Positions 12,425 to 25,414 of a stretch of DNA of 64,000 bases are shown here, in pieces. The notes under the pieces were generated by a model, which saw only the letters and a program-made list of their open reading frames with translations, was not told the origin of the DNA and ran no database searches. Origin of the DNA: Octopus vulgaris (lineage: Eukaryota). The position numbers were made by a program, and so were the translations under genes. Position 1 is the first letter of the stretch. Each line of letters starts with the position of its first letter. Location: positions 24,738,001 to 24,802,000 of the forward strand of contig OX597834.1 in the NCBI GenBank assembly GCA_951406725.2, given 5' to 3'.

Positions 12425-12665
12425 TCATCATCATCATCGTTTAACGTCTGCTTTTCATGTTGGACAGTTTAACTGAGGACTGCCAAGCGAAGAGCTGCCC
12501 TAGGCTCCGATCTGATCTGGCAAGGTTTCTACAGCTGAATGCCCTTCCTAACGCCAACCACACTGAGAGTGTAGTGGATGCTTTTAACCTGCCACCGGCA
12601 CGGGTGCCAGTCAGGCGGCACTGGCATCGGCCACGACTACGATTTCAGTTGACTCAACAGGTCTT
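12425..12665 (-). mobile_element. SINE 3' part with (TGA)n tail
   Basis: Minus strand GGCGTTAGGAAGGGCATTCAGCTGTAGAAACC (V-domain-like, from recall), ending GACGTTAAACGATGATGATG. Confidence 0.7.
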
Positions 12666-12852
12666 GTATGATAATTATGTAATATTTTCAGAGGACCCAG
12701 TTCATAACAACCATCGTTTCTCTTGTGTCATCTCTCTTTCTTATTACCGCTCTATACTCGTCTAACACTTTGTTCTGATACAATACGTATATTAGGTTCT
12801 ACACCAGGTTATTACTCTCACAATGCCTAACCGAAATATATATACTTGTATG

Positions 12853-12895
<43 letters not shown>

Positions 12896-13179
12896 TTATA
12901 AATATAAATTAATAATTTAAAATTTTTAACTTTAAATTTAAATAATTTAAATTTTGAATTTTATATTTTTTATATATTTTGTATATTGTATTAATTAATT
13001 TTATTTCTATGTTTTGGTTTATGTTTTTCACTGTTTGATTTGCCTAATAGTGGTTTTATCTCTAATTTAATTTATATTTATACTGTGAAATTAGATTTAA
13101 TCCTAATTCTAATTTTTCCCTGTAAGTTTGGATTTACTCCCTAATATTATTATTATTATATAGATAGATATATATATAT

Positions 13180-13425
13180 ATGAATAGTAACTTACGAAAC
13201 CGTCGGTATGCTAGAATCTCTTTAATAATCTCACAATAATGACTTTTATTACTTTTATTCCTACCTCAGTTCATCTAATTGCATATATCTTTCGTTACTT
13301 TTTCATAAAAAGCCTTTACTTTTTATATTTACAATGTGCATTTTCGTTGATTTTTCTTTCTTTCCCCTCGCATTACCACGTTTAGTTTCTATTTTCTTTT
13401 TGTAACATATTTCTATTATATATAT
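13180..13425 (+). mobile_element. TA-flanked AT-rich element with hammerhead 3' half
   Basis: GAAACCGTCGGTA at 13196-13208. Body homologous to 54315-54490. Confidence 0.55.
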
Positions 13426-13827
13426 ATATATAGTGTGTGTGCGCGTCTGTGAATGTATCTAAATGCTTGTGTTTATATATATGTGTGTGTGTGTATGTGT
13501 GTATGTCAGGTTGCAGTAGTAAAATATGCAAATATGCAAATAAATAGGCTACCCATCATACACTACACCTCCCCACTCATCCTTGCATTCTTCTGAAATA
13601 TTATATGAAGAATAAAAAGGAGTCTCGGAAGTTAGGAATTACCGACACCGGTGTGACATATATACGATTGTGTGTGTGTGAGACAGTTGGGTTGGTATGT
13701 GTGGGGGAGGACTGCGAGTACGTGCGTGTGCGTATGTGTGTGTGTCCATGTCGGTGGCAAATGCTGCCGACTGTCTGAAGAATGTAATACATATATATAT
13801 AATATATCACCTTATGTGTTGTGTGGG

Positions 13828-13898
<71 letters not shown>

Positions 13899-13979
13899 GT
13901 ATGTCATGTTTGAAACAAACGACCTCAAATGAATTGTGTGAATGGTACAGAAGAATGCTATGTATGTATGTATGTATGT

Positions 13980-14019
<40 letters not shown>

Positions 14020-14510
14020 ATGTATGTATGTATGTATGTATGTATATATGTATGTATGTATGTAAGTAATGTATATGTTACGTATTGGTAAGTTATGTAA
14101 AGTACTTCAGACTTCTCCGTTTAACTTACATCTCAGTGACGTCATCAGAGCAAATAGATCGTCAGGCAGACGGGATGCCCTTTGCTTTGTTTTCCTTCCG
14201 TTTATTTCACTGTTTAGCATCATATCTCAGTGTCGACAAGGTTGCCTTGTCCGTCGCCGTTATCATCATCATCATCGTCGTTATTGTTTAGACCCAGACA
14301 AACTCTGATCGAAAGGAATTAATTCCAGCCCTGCTCATCCCCTATTATTCAAGTGCTATCTACTCTAAATTGCATTAAACAATGTCTGTATTTTTGAAAC
14401 TCCATAGAATGTTGCTGGTGTGACATTGGCTGCTATTTCTAGCTGAGAACGCCCATTTAAAGGCTCTGCGTCACCAATAGGCCTTCTCTGGTCATGTCTG
14501 GCAGAATCGT

Positions 14511-15109
14511 GGCGGTGAGCTGGCAGAATCGTTAGCACGCCAGGCGAAATGCTTAGCAGTATTTCGTCTGCCCTTACGTTCTGAGTTCAAATTCCGCCGA
14601 GGTCGACTTTGCCTTTCATCCTTTCGGGGTCGATTAAATAAGTACCAGTTACACACTGGGGTCGATGTAATCGACTTAATACCTATGCCTGTCTTTGTTT
14701 GTCCCCTCTGTGTTTAGCCCCTTGTGGGTAATAAAGAAATAGGTATTTCGTCTGCCGCCACGTTCTGAGTTCAAATTCCGCCGAGGTCGACTTTGCCTTT
14801 CATCCTTTCGGGGTCGATTAAATAAGTACCAGTTACACACTGGGGTCGATGTAATCGACTTAATACCTATGTCTGTCCTTGTTTGTCCCCTCTGTGTTTA
14901 GCCCCTTGTGGGTAATAAAGAAATAGGTATTTCGTCTGCCGCCACGTTCTGAGTTCAAATTCCGCCGAGATCGACTTTGCCTTTCATCCTTTCGGGGTCG
15001 ATTAAATAAGTACCAGTTAGGCACTGGGGTCGATGTAATCGACTTAATCCACCTGCCTGTCTGTGTTTGTCCTCTCTGTGTTTAGCCCCTAGTGGGTAGT
15101 AAAGAAATA
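14511..15109 (+). mobile_element. SINE A1 tandem trimer
   Basis: One full head, then two head-truncated units restarting at GTATTTCGTCTGCC (14743, 14927), period 184 bp. Confidence 0.95.
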
Positions 15110-15199
15110 TATACTCGTGTGACACGTCAGTTCGCTGTCATTGACCATGATACCTTGAGTACACAATGGGAGACAACAGAGGATTACTATTTTATTTGT

Positions 15200-15395
15200 A
15201 TTAGCACGCCGGGCAAAATGCTTAAACGGCATTTCGTCCGTCTTCACGTTTTGAGTTTAAATTCCCCCAAGGTCGACATTACCTTTCATCCTTCCGGGGT
15301 CGATAAAATAAATTCCATTTGAGCACTGGTGCCGATGTGATCGTCATACCCCATCCTCGAAATTGCTGGTCTTGTGCCAAATTTGAAACCAATAT
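15200..15395 (+). mobile_element. SINE family A2
   Basis: Core plus GCTGGTCTTGTGCCAAATTTGAAACC tail. Confidence 0.8.
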
Positions 15396-16239
15396 TATTT
15401 TTAGAGTATTTTTAGCGTCATTGGTTGCAGCTTTACAATGAATCAGTCATTATTACTTCACAACTGTTATGATGGAAAGAGGGTGATGGGTACGTCTGTA
15501 CAACTGAGGCAGAAAAAAATATTATAAAGAAGTTTGAAATCACCGCTTTATTGGTTTTATTGTCAATATTTACATCCTCCGCAGATACATCACCGGAAGA
15601 TACATATTTACACTCCCAGTTTTCTTTTTACACCCAACCTGCAATGTAAACAGACTTATTAAATTTGGTATAGTTCCCATTTCTTGATCTTTTTTTTTTT
15701 CTTTCCCATCTTTTGATAAAAGATAAAATCGTATCTTTCATACTTGTGTGACTTGTTAGTCTCCTGTCATTAACCATGATACTTTGATTACAAAATGGGA
15801 GGTAATTGAGGATTGCGGTCGGATTGCTGAGGATAGAATCCGGAAAGTAAGATCCTTTTCTCCTCTTTCCACTTTGTGTATTTATTTTCATTATTCGTAG
15901 CTGCAAAACGGTAATTCATATTCTCCACCGCACACCCTGCGCTTGTATTGTATTCTGCTGGTTATACGTCATTTCCAACAGTAATTTTAAAATGAGATGT
16001 AAGCTGAAATCAAAACTGATGGGTGGCGGAACACCATAGAGACGGGTATTGTAGTCGGGTGCCTACCTTGGGATCTTTTATTTTTTGTTATCTAAACAAA
16101 AGTTGAATCATGGTAATCACCTGTGGGTGAATATGTGGCTTGACCAAGTGAAACCAACTATGAAATTAACAATATCTGACATGAAATAGATTTAGCTATA
16201 TAATCAATCATATCTGTCGACCCACACCCTGTAGACACT

Positions 16240-16383
<144 letters not shown>

Positions 16384-16461
16384 GACGTTGGTTTGTGCTC
16401 GTGTATGCGTAATTACATGTATACTTAAATACGTTATGTATTTGTATATTGTATATATGTG

Positions 16462-16504
<43 letters not shown>

Positions 16505-16580
16505 TATGTTCGTATATGGATATATTTACGCATAGGTTTATAAATATGTATAGATACGTTTATCCATGGAATTATATATG

Positions 16581-16613
<33 letters not shown>

Positions 16614-16620
16614 GTATATA

Positions 16621-16665
<45 letters not shown>

Positions 16666-17158
16666 AGAGAGAAAGATGTGAATAGATGTGTATGTCTCTA
16701 TGTGTATATATCTCCATGGCGTGTTCACAAAATCGTTAACGCGCCAGGCATAATACTTAGCGGCATTGTTTTGTCCCAGGATGGCGATGACGATTGAGAT
16801 GATTTCTCATCAAATGACTTCCATCCATGTCCATCCCCTATGCTTTGTACTCCATGCGCTCCTGTTTCCATTACCGTATATCCGCATGATTTGTTGGAAC
16901 ATTAACTTTTACTTGTGACAGTTTGAGAGTGACTATATAGTGTCTTCTTCGTTGGCTTATAACTTGGGTGGTAATGATGGTATAGACCAAGAGTTCTCAA
17001 CCGATAGGGTTCATTTGGCTCCTTAGGGGTCCATATAAGATTTTCTTCTTAAAGTTTATGTTCAATAAATTACTTTCACTTCTGCAAGATACAAAATATT
17101 TTAAGAATATTTTTTTTTACACAATTCCTAATAATATTTAATTCTAAAAATATATTTA

Positions 17159-17550
17159 GGCGCAGGCGTGTTATGTAGTAAGAAGCTCGCCTACCAACCA
17201 CATAGTTCCGGACTCAGTCCCTCTGTGTGGTACCTAAGGCAAGAGTCTTCTACTATAACCTCTAGTCGATCAAAGCCTTGTGAGCGGCTTTGGTAAACAA
17301 AAGCTGAAGGCGACCCGTCGTATATATATGTGCGTTTATTTGAGCCTTCTGTCCGGCACTAGTCGCCATGATAGATCGTTAGCCTCTACACACATTTTTC
17401 TCTCCTTGTTTTTTCTGTGTCCCTTTCTGTAGAAGAGCGTAGGCTCGAAACGTAAAAAGACTTTTTCTATTCCTGAGTGTTATACTAATACATCTGTTTG
17501 TTTTGTACACCACCTGTCTTCGTCTTTTGCTTTTTTTTTTCGTAAACTTT

Positions 17551-17625
<75 letters not shown>

Positions 17626-18019
17626 GTTAACGTTTTGAATATGCATATAAAGCTCCTATTCCATTATGGTGGCCTCAGTCTAATGATGCTGAACCAATTT
17701 TTGGGGGTTGCATCAAGCTGTACCGATAGGATAGATATCGTAATAATTACAATAATCCTTGGATGGAATCTATAAACATTTAATGCATCATTACGTGTTC
17801 CACAAATCACATCTCTCTTAAGATCACAGTCTATATTCCTGGAATGATTACAGTGTAGTCCGTAGTACCCGTCGGCACCAGGTTGATCATCTTCATGAAT
17901 TAATTTCTTCAGGCGATATAACATTAATGGGTGTTTATCAGAAGGACGGTTATTCCTTTTAACCAGCGCGAAGGATGACGCACGTAGTAATGCATTTTTA
18001 AATTTTATAAATCTATCCA

Positions 18020-18057
<38 letters not shown>

Positions 18058-18430
18058 AAAATGCATTAAGCACTAAACAATGTACACATTGGACAGACAC
18101 AGAAGGACCTTGATTCTTCATCAGTTATCGACCGAAATGTTAATACTCAGTTTCATGTCTTTAATGATAAGATTGAGAACTTCGTATATCGGCGGGATCC
18201 GCAAAATTTGCGGAGAATTAGGGCTCGAGCAGACGCGTGTGTGTATGTCCCACAACCGGTGCTGGGCTGTGTTTATGTCCCCGTAACTTAGCAGTTTGGC
18301 AAAAGAACCGATAGAATAAATATCAGGAAGTCCTGGGTTCTATTCATTTGGCAAAAAAAAAAACATTCTTCAAGGTAGTGCCCCAGTATGGCCACAGTCT
18401 AATGACTGAAAGAAGTAAAAGATAAAAGAA
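17159..18430 (+). mobile_element. SINE family B split at its internal microsatellite
   Basis: Head 17159-17335 and tail 18236-18430. Confidence 0.8.
17422..17459 (+). ncRNA. hammerhead-like motif with variant core
   Basis: ttt-CTGTAGA-A-GAGC(GTAG)GCTC-GAAACGTA-aaa. Confidence 0.55.
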
Positions 18431-18837
18431 AAAGTGATATAGGAATATTTCTAAACATCAAATGGCTTTAGGGATCCAGTAGAGTAAAATAGGAACTAAA
18501 AGGGGTCCACAGGCAGAAAAATGGTTGTGAACCACCGTCATAGAGAAGGATGATGATGGCGATGATATTGGTGGACGTAATGATGATAAGTATATTGATG
18601 ATGATGATGATGAAAGTCAGGTCACAATGATGCTAGTAAAGGAGGTGATGCTGATGATGGAAATGAATATGATAATGGTGACGATGATAGTGATCGTTAC
18701 AGGGATGGCACTAATGAGATGATAATATATAAAACATGCTGAGTAATAGTTTTCATGGTGGTGGTGGCGGTGATAATAACTGGTGATGACGAGGACAGGT
18801 ATGGTGACAAAAATGATTCATGGCGGAGATGTCAATA

Positions 18838-18868
<31 letters not shown>

Positions 18869-18998
18869 CTTCTTCTTCTTCTTCTTCTTCTTCTTCTTCT
18901 TCTTCTTCTTCTTCTTCTCCCGCTTCTTCTTCCCTTCTTCTTCTTCTTCTTCTTCTTCTTCTTCTTCTTCTTCTTCTTCTTCTTCTTCTTCTTTCTTC

Positions 18999-19038
<40 letters not shown>

Positions 19039-19072
19039 CATTATTATTATTATTATTGTCATCATCATCATA
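18838..19072. repeat. compound trinucleotide repeat (TTG)n(TTC)n(ATT)n(ATC)n
   Basis: Directly visible. Confidence 0.97.
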
Positions 19073-19467
19073 GTGATGATAATAGTAAAGATTGTAATAT
19101 GGTGATAATGATTATGTTTGTGGTGATGATGGCGGTGGTGGTGTGATAGCGGTGGTGTTGGTGGTGGTGGTTGGTAACAATGTTGATAAGAGCATTGATA
19201 AAAATAAAGATGGTAAATATATAGTGGAAAGACACAGTGACTCACATAAACTCCTACACCTTCTCCGCCACCTCTGTTGTGTTGAATTAAAATTTGTCAT
19301 CTTTCATGACTTTTTAAACTATGAATGGGGATTCCCCACTTTTTTGTCTCAGTATGTATGGCTTCCTTTTTAATATGTGTGAGTGTGTGTGTGTGTGTGT
19401 GGTTGTGTGGTAAGAAGCTTGCTTCCTAATCACATGGACCCGGACTCGGTCCCACTCCCATAGTCTC

Positions 19468-19661
19468 GGACAAACAAGGACAGACAAACGGATTAAGTCG
19501 ATTATATCGACCCCAGTGCGTAACTGGTACTTAATTTATCGACCCCGAAAGGATGAAAGGCAAAGTCGACCTCGTCGGAATTTGAACTCAGAACGTAAGG
19601 GCAGACGAAATACCGCTAAGTATTTCGCCCTGCGTGCTAACGTTTCTGCCAGCTCGCCGCC
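19468..19661 (-). mobile_element. SINE family A1
   Basis: Near-consensus copy. Confidence 0.9.
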
Positions 19662-19816
19662 TTACAATAAATATAATAATTTCTACTATAGGTACACGGC
19701 CTGAAATTTTGGGTTGATTAAAATTGGTCCCAGTGCGCAACTGGTATTTATTTTATTGACCTCAGAAGGATGAAAGGCAAAATCGACCAAAACCTTGTGA
19801 GTGAAAGAAGCCCATC

Positions 19817-19867
<51 letters not shown>

Positions 19868-19871
<4 letters not shown>

Positions 19872-20166
19872 GGTGGTGACTATACGGGGGTCCAGGTTTC
19901 GGATGCGTAAAGGAGGGTTGGAATAATGACTGCCCTGTACACCATGAGTTTGGTTTCGGTTCGGATGTCCCGATCAGCAAAAACTCTTGTTCGAAGCTTG
20001 CCGAAAGCTGTTCCTGCACACTTCAAACGGTGTTGGATTTCATCGCTGAGGTCTACCTTTTTCGAGCAAGAATTGGTCTTATCAGTCACCTGCGGACTCA
20101 CCAATAAATTTGCGCGAAGACCATCATCCTCGACCTTGAGGGATTGCCATAGTAGTAGTAGTAGTA

Positions 20167-20169
<3 letters not shown>
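19868..20169. mobile_element. RTE-clade LINE fragment with 5' inversion
   Basis: Minus 19868-20066 encodes EIQHRLKCAGTAFGKL..TKLMVYRAVIIPTLLYASETW. Plus 20063-20107 encodes RARIGLISHLRTHQ*, then UTR and (TAG)n tail. Flanked by (TA)n. Confidence 0.88.
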
Positions 20170-20202
<33 letters not shown>

Positions 20203-20479
20203 GTACGTTTATGACATATGATATAGGAATATCACAATAGACATATATGCACAAGCACATACCTGTGATAAATATAAGAAATAGAGGTAGATAATAAATA
20301 AATCTATATAAAGAGTATGGGTACAAACAACATAAGAATCGAACCCATATACAGTCACAAACGCACACGATAACTTCAAAGAGGGCCGCAACAGTATCAA
20401 CAACACGACTAACAATGACAACTGTAGCGGTGGTGACGATGATGGCAATAACAACAACAATTACCACGATGGCAGCACC

Positions 20480-20925
20480 GTGGGCAAACTCACAGCCAAA
20501 AGAAGGCGGTGAGGCGATCCTCCCGATAATCGGATCCGTCCTGGGGAATCCCTTAGGGTGGTGCCGATCACATCAGTTCCCGAAATATCCGACACTATTA
20601 CGGTGTCATCGTCGTCTGCATAAGCCGACACTTACTTTCCGCATCCTAGTTCACGCGGGATACCTCTCGAAACATCTCGTTTCCATAGCAATGGCTCAAG
20701 AGCTGGCACGTATAGAAGTGGTGAGAGCGGGTATCCTTGACGAACCGAACGTGCGATGTTCAATGACTCTAACATATGGCCATTTGCTTTGACCACAGCA
20801 CAGCAGTCGCTGTACATTGCACCGATGCAGCCTCTGAAAACGGGAGCGAATCCGGCCGCCGAGAGGACAGGCTACAAGTATTGACGGTTGACTCTATCAA
20901 AAGGTTTTGTCTGATCCAAACTTAT
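20480..20925 (-). pseudogene. L1/Tx1-type reverse transcriptase fragment
   Basis: LDQTKPFDRV, RSVRQGYPLSPLLY..ALEPLL and SAYADD motifs with frameshifts. Confidence 0.88.
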
Positions 20926-21549
20926 TAGGATAATAATAACAATACAAGAATTACGTAAGAGAGTGACGAAATGACGTGACGATCATCAAAATATAGGGCA
21001 GGACAACCACCTTGAATAATGCGGGGTACCCCGACATATATGGCGATGAGTGATATCTCGCCCATACACCCACTCACAAACACACCTACTCACATACATA
21101 CACATACACACACACACACCACACGCACGCGCACATACAGAGTTACCTTGACATACCATAAGGCAAGTGACTTCTCCCAGTTTTTCTGCTGCTGATGATG
21201 GTGATGATGATGATAGTAGTAATAGTAGTAGTAGTAGTCCTGTGTTCCATTGAATGGGTCATGTTTTTTTAGGTTTCATTGTTTTTTAGCAACAGGCAGA
21301 TGCTTGTATATAGACGCACGTACACACACACACACACTCACACACACACACACACACACAGACACATACGCGCGCGCTCACAAAAACACACGATTGTTGT
21401 TAAATAGACGCATGCACGCACACACACACACATACACGTGTTCACACGTACGCAAACACACACAAACACATACAAATATCTTTACAGAATATAGTATCAG
21501 TACACAGTTGTGTATACAAGAACTTACACACATAAAAACTGTCGCGTTT

Positions 21550-21900
21550 ATACACACACACACACATCTACATTCACACACACACACACACATCTACATT
21601 CACACACACATCTACATTCACACACATCTACATTCACACACACACATCTACATTCACACACACACTCATCTACATTCGCACACACACACATCTACATTCA
21701 CACACATACACACACATCTACATTCACACACATACACACACATCTACATTCACACACACACACACATCTACATTCACACACACATACACACACATCTACG
21801 TTTACACACACACACACACACACACACATCTACATTCACACACACATACACACACATCTACGTTTACACACACACACACACATCTACATTCACACAATCA
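21550..21900. repeat. minisatellite ACATCTACATTC(AC)n
   Basis: TCTACATTC anchor repeated with variable CA spacers. Confidence 0.9.
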
Positions 21901-22149
21901 CTGAGTGCAGTACGTATACATTTGGACACATAAACGCAAAGACACACATACACAAGCATATAGTGAGTGCAATACGCACACCTTGGCAGACATTACTAGG
22001 TGGAGACGCGACTCTCCCCCGCCCCGCCCTAACTCTGTCTGTCTGTCTCTCTCTCTCTCTTCTATATGATTGCTAAGTTACAAGCCAACACCGGCCGTCA
22101 GGAAGTGTCAGGAGTACAAACAAGCACACACACGTGTGTCTGTGTGTGT

Positions 22150-22470
22150 GTGAGTGTGTGTAAAGACACCTGTTGTTATGTCCTGTTTTTATTGTATTTG
22201 AATAACATTGTCCGTTTTTTTCCCATCCTTGTTTTTGTATACATTCGCTGCTTTCTTCCAAGGAATCTAATGCTCTTAGCATAGATTTTCCTTGGGGCTG
22301 GCCAGGAAATTGCGAAGATAATCTGATTGATACTTGACTGAGGAAAGAAAACTTCGAATGACCCGTCCTTGTTTTCTTTGTATCGTCAATCTGAATGTTT
22401 TGTTGTCCCATTTTTGTATTTCCTAGTTGTCTGGATGTTTTGCGTTCTAGTCTCATTTTGTATTTTATAT
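22150..22470 (+). repeat. unclassified TA-associated repeat
   Basis: Homologous to 59405-59645 (-): AATCTAATGCTC.TAGC.TAG..TTTCCTTGGGGCTGGCC. Confidence 0.75.
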
Positions 22471-22479
22471 ATATATATA

Positions 22480-22670
22480 AGTTCAGCAAAAATTTAGATT
22501 CAAATGGATATGGTACTTAATTTAGATGCACCAGAATTCTGTATGGTGTTATCCATAAAAAATCCGTGGGGTGATTATAATCAAAATAAGCAACAAGAAT
22601 GACTCCGGTAATTTGGTACGAAACGATCGTACCAAATTACCGGAGTCATTCTTGCTGCTTATTTTGAATA
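22480..22670. mobile_element. Penelope-like tail with 41-bp inverted duplication
   Basis: Arms 22581-22621 / 22627-22667 (1 mismatch), centred on GAAACGATCGTA. (TA)n on both sides. Confidence 0.65.
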
Positions 22671-22909
22671 TACATATATATATATATATATTGTTTCAGT
22701 CATTTGGCTGCAGCTATGCTGGGGCACCGTCCTGAAGAGATTTTGTCGAAGAATTCGACCTCAGGGCTTAAAGCATATTGGTATTTAGTTCAATTTGGTA
22801 CCGGTACTTAAGGTAGCGAATCGCTATCAGCTATTTGATTCAAAAACATTTCCACTCACCCGTTCGCATCGGTGAACTTGTGACACAGACATACATATAC
22901 ATACGTGCA

Positions 22910-22953
<44 letters not shown>

Positions 22954-23934
22954 CACTCGTTCTCTATTCCAAAGGCATGGCCTTGTGCCAATATTCTACA
23001 GAGAACAGTGGCAGAAATGGTAGAGCATCTGATCAAATTGTTAGTGGGGGATGGTGGATGTTTTTCTCTCAAAGACTTTGAGAGAGAGAGTGTGTGTAGG
23101 GAGTGCTTCACAAATGATATTTTATAAAGACAGAGGAAGAATTTATTAATATGAAAGAGAGGAAAGAGAGTGAGAGAAGCTCGTAAAACAAAGAGAAATG
23201 TGTCGACTGTTGGAATTATTTGCTCCTGTTTCAGTGTATGTTAATGAGATGTTTATTTACATAGCGATGGGTAACAGGGAGAGAGAGGGAGAAATTGTAA
23301 TATTTCGTTGGAATGGTGGTAGTGGGTGGTGGTGGTGGTGGTGGTGGTGGTTGGGAAACAAATACATAAATATATACTAAGATCCTGACTGTTAAAAAAA
23401 AAATGTCAGACGAAAGCGGTGAAGTTCAACAGCAAGAAAACCAAGAAAAAGCATCCTCTTCATTATCAGCGTCAACATCATCACCGTCATTATCAGGAAA
23501 AGCAGTTATAAAGTGTATATCTGAGTAATATTAAGCAAAGCAAAATACAACAGGAGCAATAAGAAAAACCACATGACAAGAAGCAACAGCAGCGGCAGTA
23601 GCAGCAGCAGCAGCAATAACAGCAACAACAACAACGATGATGATAATTATAACACCAGCAGTAACAAAGAAACAAAGGGCAACAACAACAATAACAACAA
23701 TAACAACAGTAGTCATGTGACAGACATTAGTGAAACTGATAATGTTCATTTCGGATAATCAAATAGTGTGGCTTATCGTTTAAGATGGTTGGGGAAACCT
23801 TGTAAATGGCTCATTGTTATACAACCAGACAGCTGTGTCGTAGATGTGTATATACACCCACTCATTGTAAGTCTCTCTCATACACACACACGCATACACA
23901 TCCACAAATGTGTGAGTGAGTGTATTTATGTATG

Positions 23935-23988
<54 letters not shown>

Positions 23989-24674
23989 CACACACACACA
24001 TATATATGTGATTGTGTATTTATGTATGTATTTATATATATATGCACATACAAAGATATATACAACACCCACTCACTTATGCATATATATGTATGTATGT
24101 TTGTATATATATATACATATGTACAGACACACAAGTGCTTGTGCACACGCACGAAGCCACCATTACTGAAAAAGCACGAAACATTACAAGAACGAAGAAC
24201 TGATTAACGGTATCACGATATCTGTTGCCATCTGCATCGAGGAACAGTCATCAAAACTAGGTGCCAACCAGCTCTTGTAGCGAAACCAGCAGTGATGGAC
24301 GGGTGTCACAATATGCCTGGGATGAGATTCTGTATTCTACAAGACACCATGCCATATTGCTCTGGATAAGAAAAACACAACCACTGCCAAGTCATTAGAA
24401 CTTCAGTGTGGGAGGATGGTAAATTTAATTGGTGCATCTGTCTTGAATGAAGGGTGCCAAAGGAAGGCTCGTGGTTATTTCTCTGGCACATCCCTAAAAA
24501 TATCTCTATAAAATGTAGCCGGTATAAATGTTGGTTGGTTAGTTCATTTTCCAGATACACCTTTGAGAGAAGGGTGGGGCGAGAGTAACTGAAAGGTGCG
24601 GGGAGAGTTAACGAAAGAGGTGTCAGATTGGTGTACATACTAGGCTAGGTGGCAGGCAAAGATTAAATTAATAT

Positions 24675-24903
24675 CTATTTCTTTACTACGCACAAGGGGC
24701 TAAACATAGAGGGGACAAACAAGGACAGACAAACGAATTAAGTCGATTACATCGACCCCAGTGCGTAACTGGTACTTAATTTATCGACCCCGAAAGGATG
24801 AACGGCAAAGTCGACCTCGCGGAATTTGAACTCAGAACGTAACGGCAGACGAAATACCGCTAAGCATCTCGCCCGGCGTGCTAACGATTCTGCCAGCTCG
24901 CCG
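24675..24903 (-). mobile_element. SINE family A1
   Basis: Near-consensus full copy. Confidence 0.92.
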
Positions 24904-25414
24904 AATGAATATCACACACAGAGACAGTGAGTGAGAAAGAATCATAGAGACAGTGGAGGAAGAGAAGGAGTAAATGATAAAGTGGATAAGGGACGAGTTA
25001 CGCAAATGAGAAATTTGTTTTATTTAATTTTACTTTAAGATATTTTGTTTTGAAAATTAGTATTTATTTCATCATTTTGTACAAGCACCAAGAAATTTGG
25101 AAAAGGAAGACGGAGGGATAGAAATCGCCAACGATTCAGGTGTGGTTAAAGTGGATGTCGACTTCATACAATGTCCTTGTAATGACTTCATTTAATCTGG
25201 CAAAATTGAGAATTCATCACTAGTCTGAAACCAAAGATACCGCAAAATTGATGGTGCACTTGTGTGTGTGTGTGTGTATGTGTATGCACGTATGTATTAT
25301 ATGTGTGTGTGTGCGCGTCTCCTTTTGCGCACACGCGTACATACATGCATTTATATATATATGTATATATATGTATATGTGTGTGTGTGTGTGTGTGTGT
25401 ATGTGTGCATATAT

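Larger units (their letters stand above)
16988..18537. mobile_element. hAT-type MITE split by nested insertions
   Basis: Left TIR CAAGAGTTCTCAACC, right GGTTGTGAACCACCG. Body matches the 2511-2775 and 28003-28380 family. Confidence 0.65.

Noticed and set aside
14137-14144. Perfect CRE TGACGTCA
   Set aside because: A single 8-mer is expected by chance in 64 kb.
21550-21900. CRISPR-like repeat-spacer array
   Set aside because: Spacers are only CA runs, the context is eukaryotic, and there are no cas genes.
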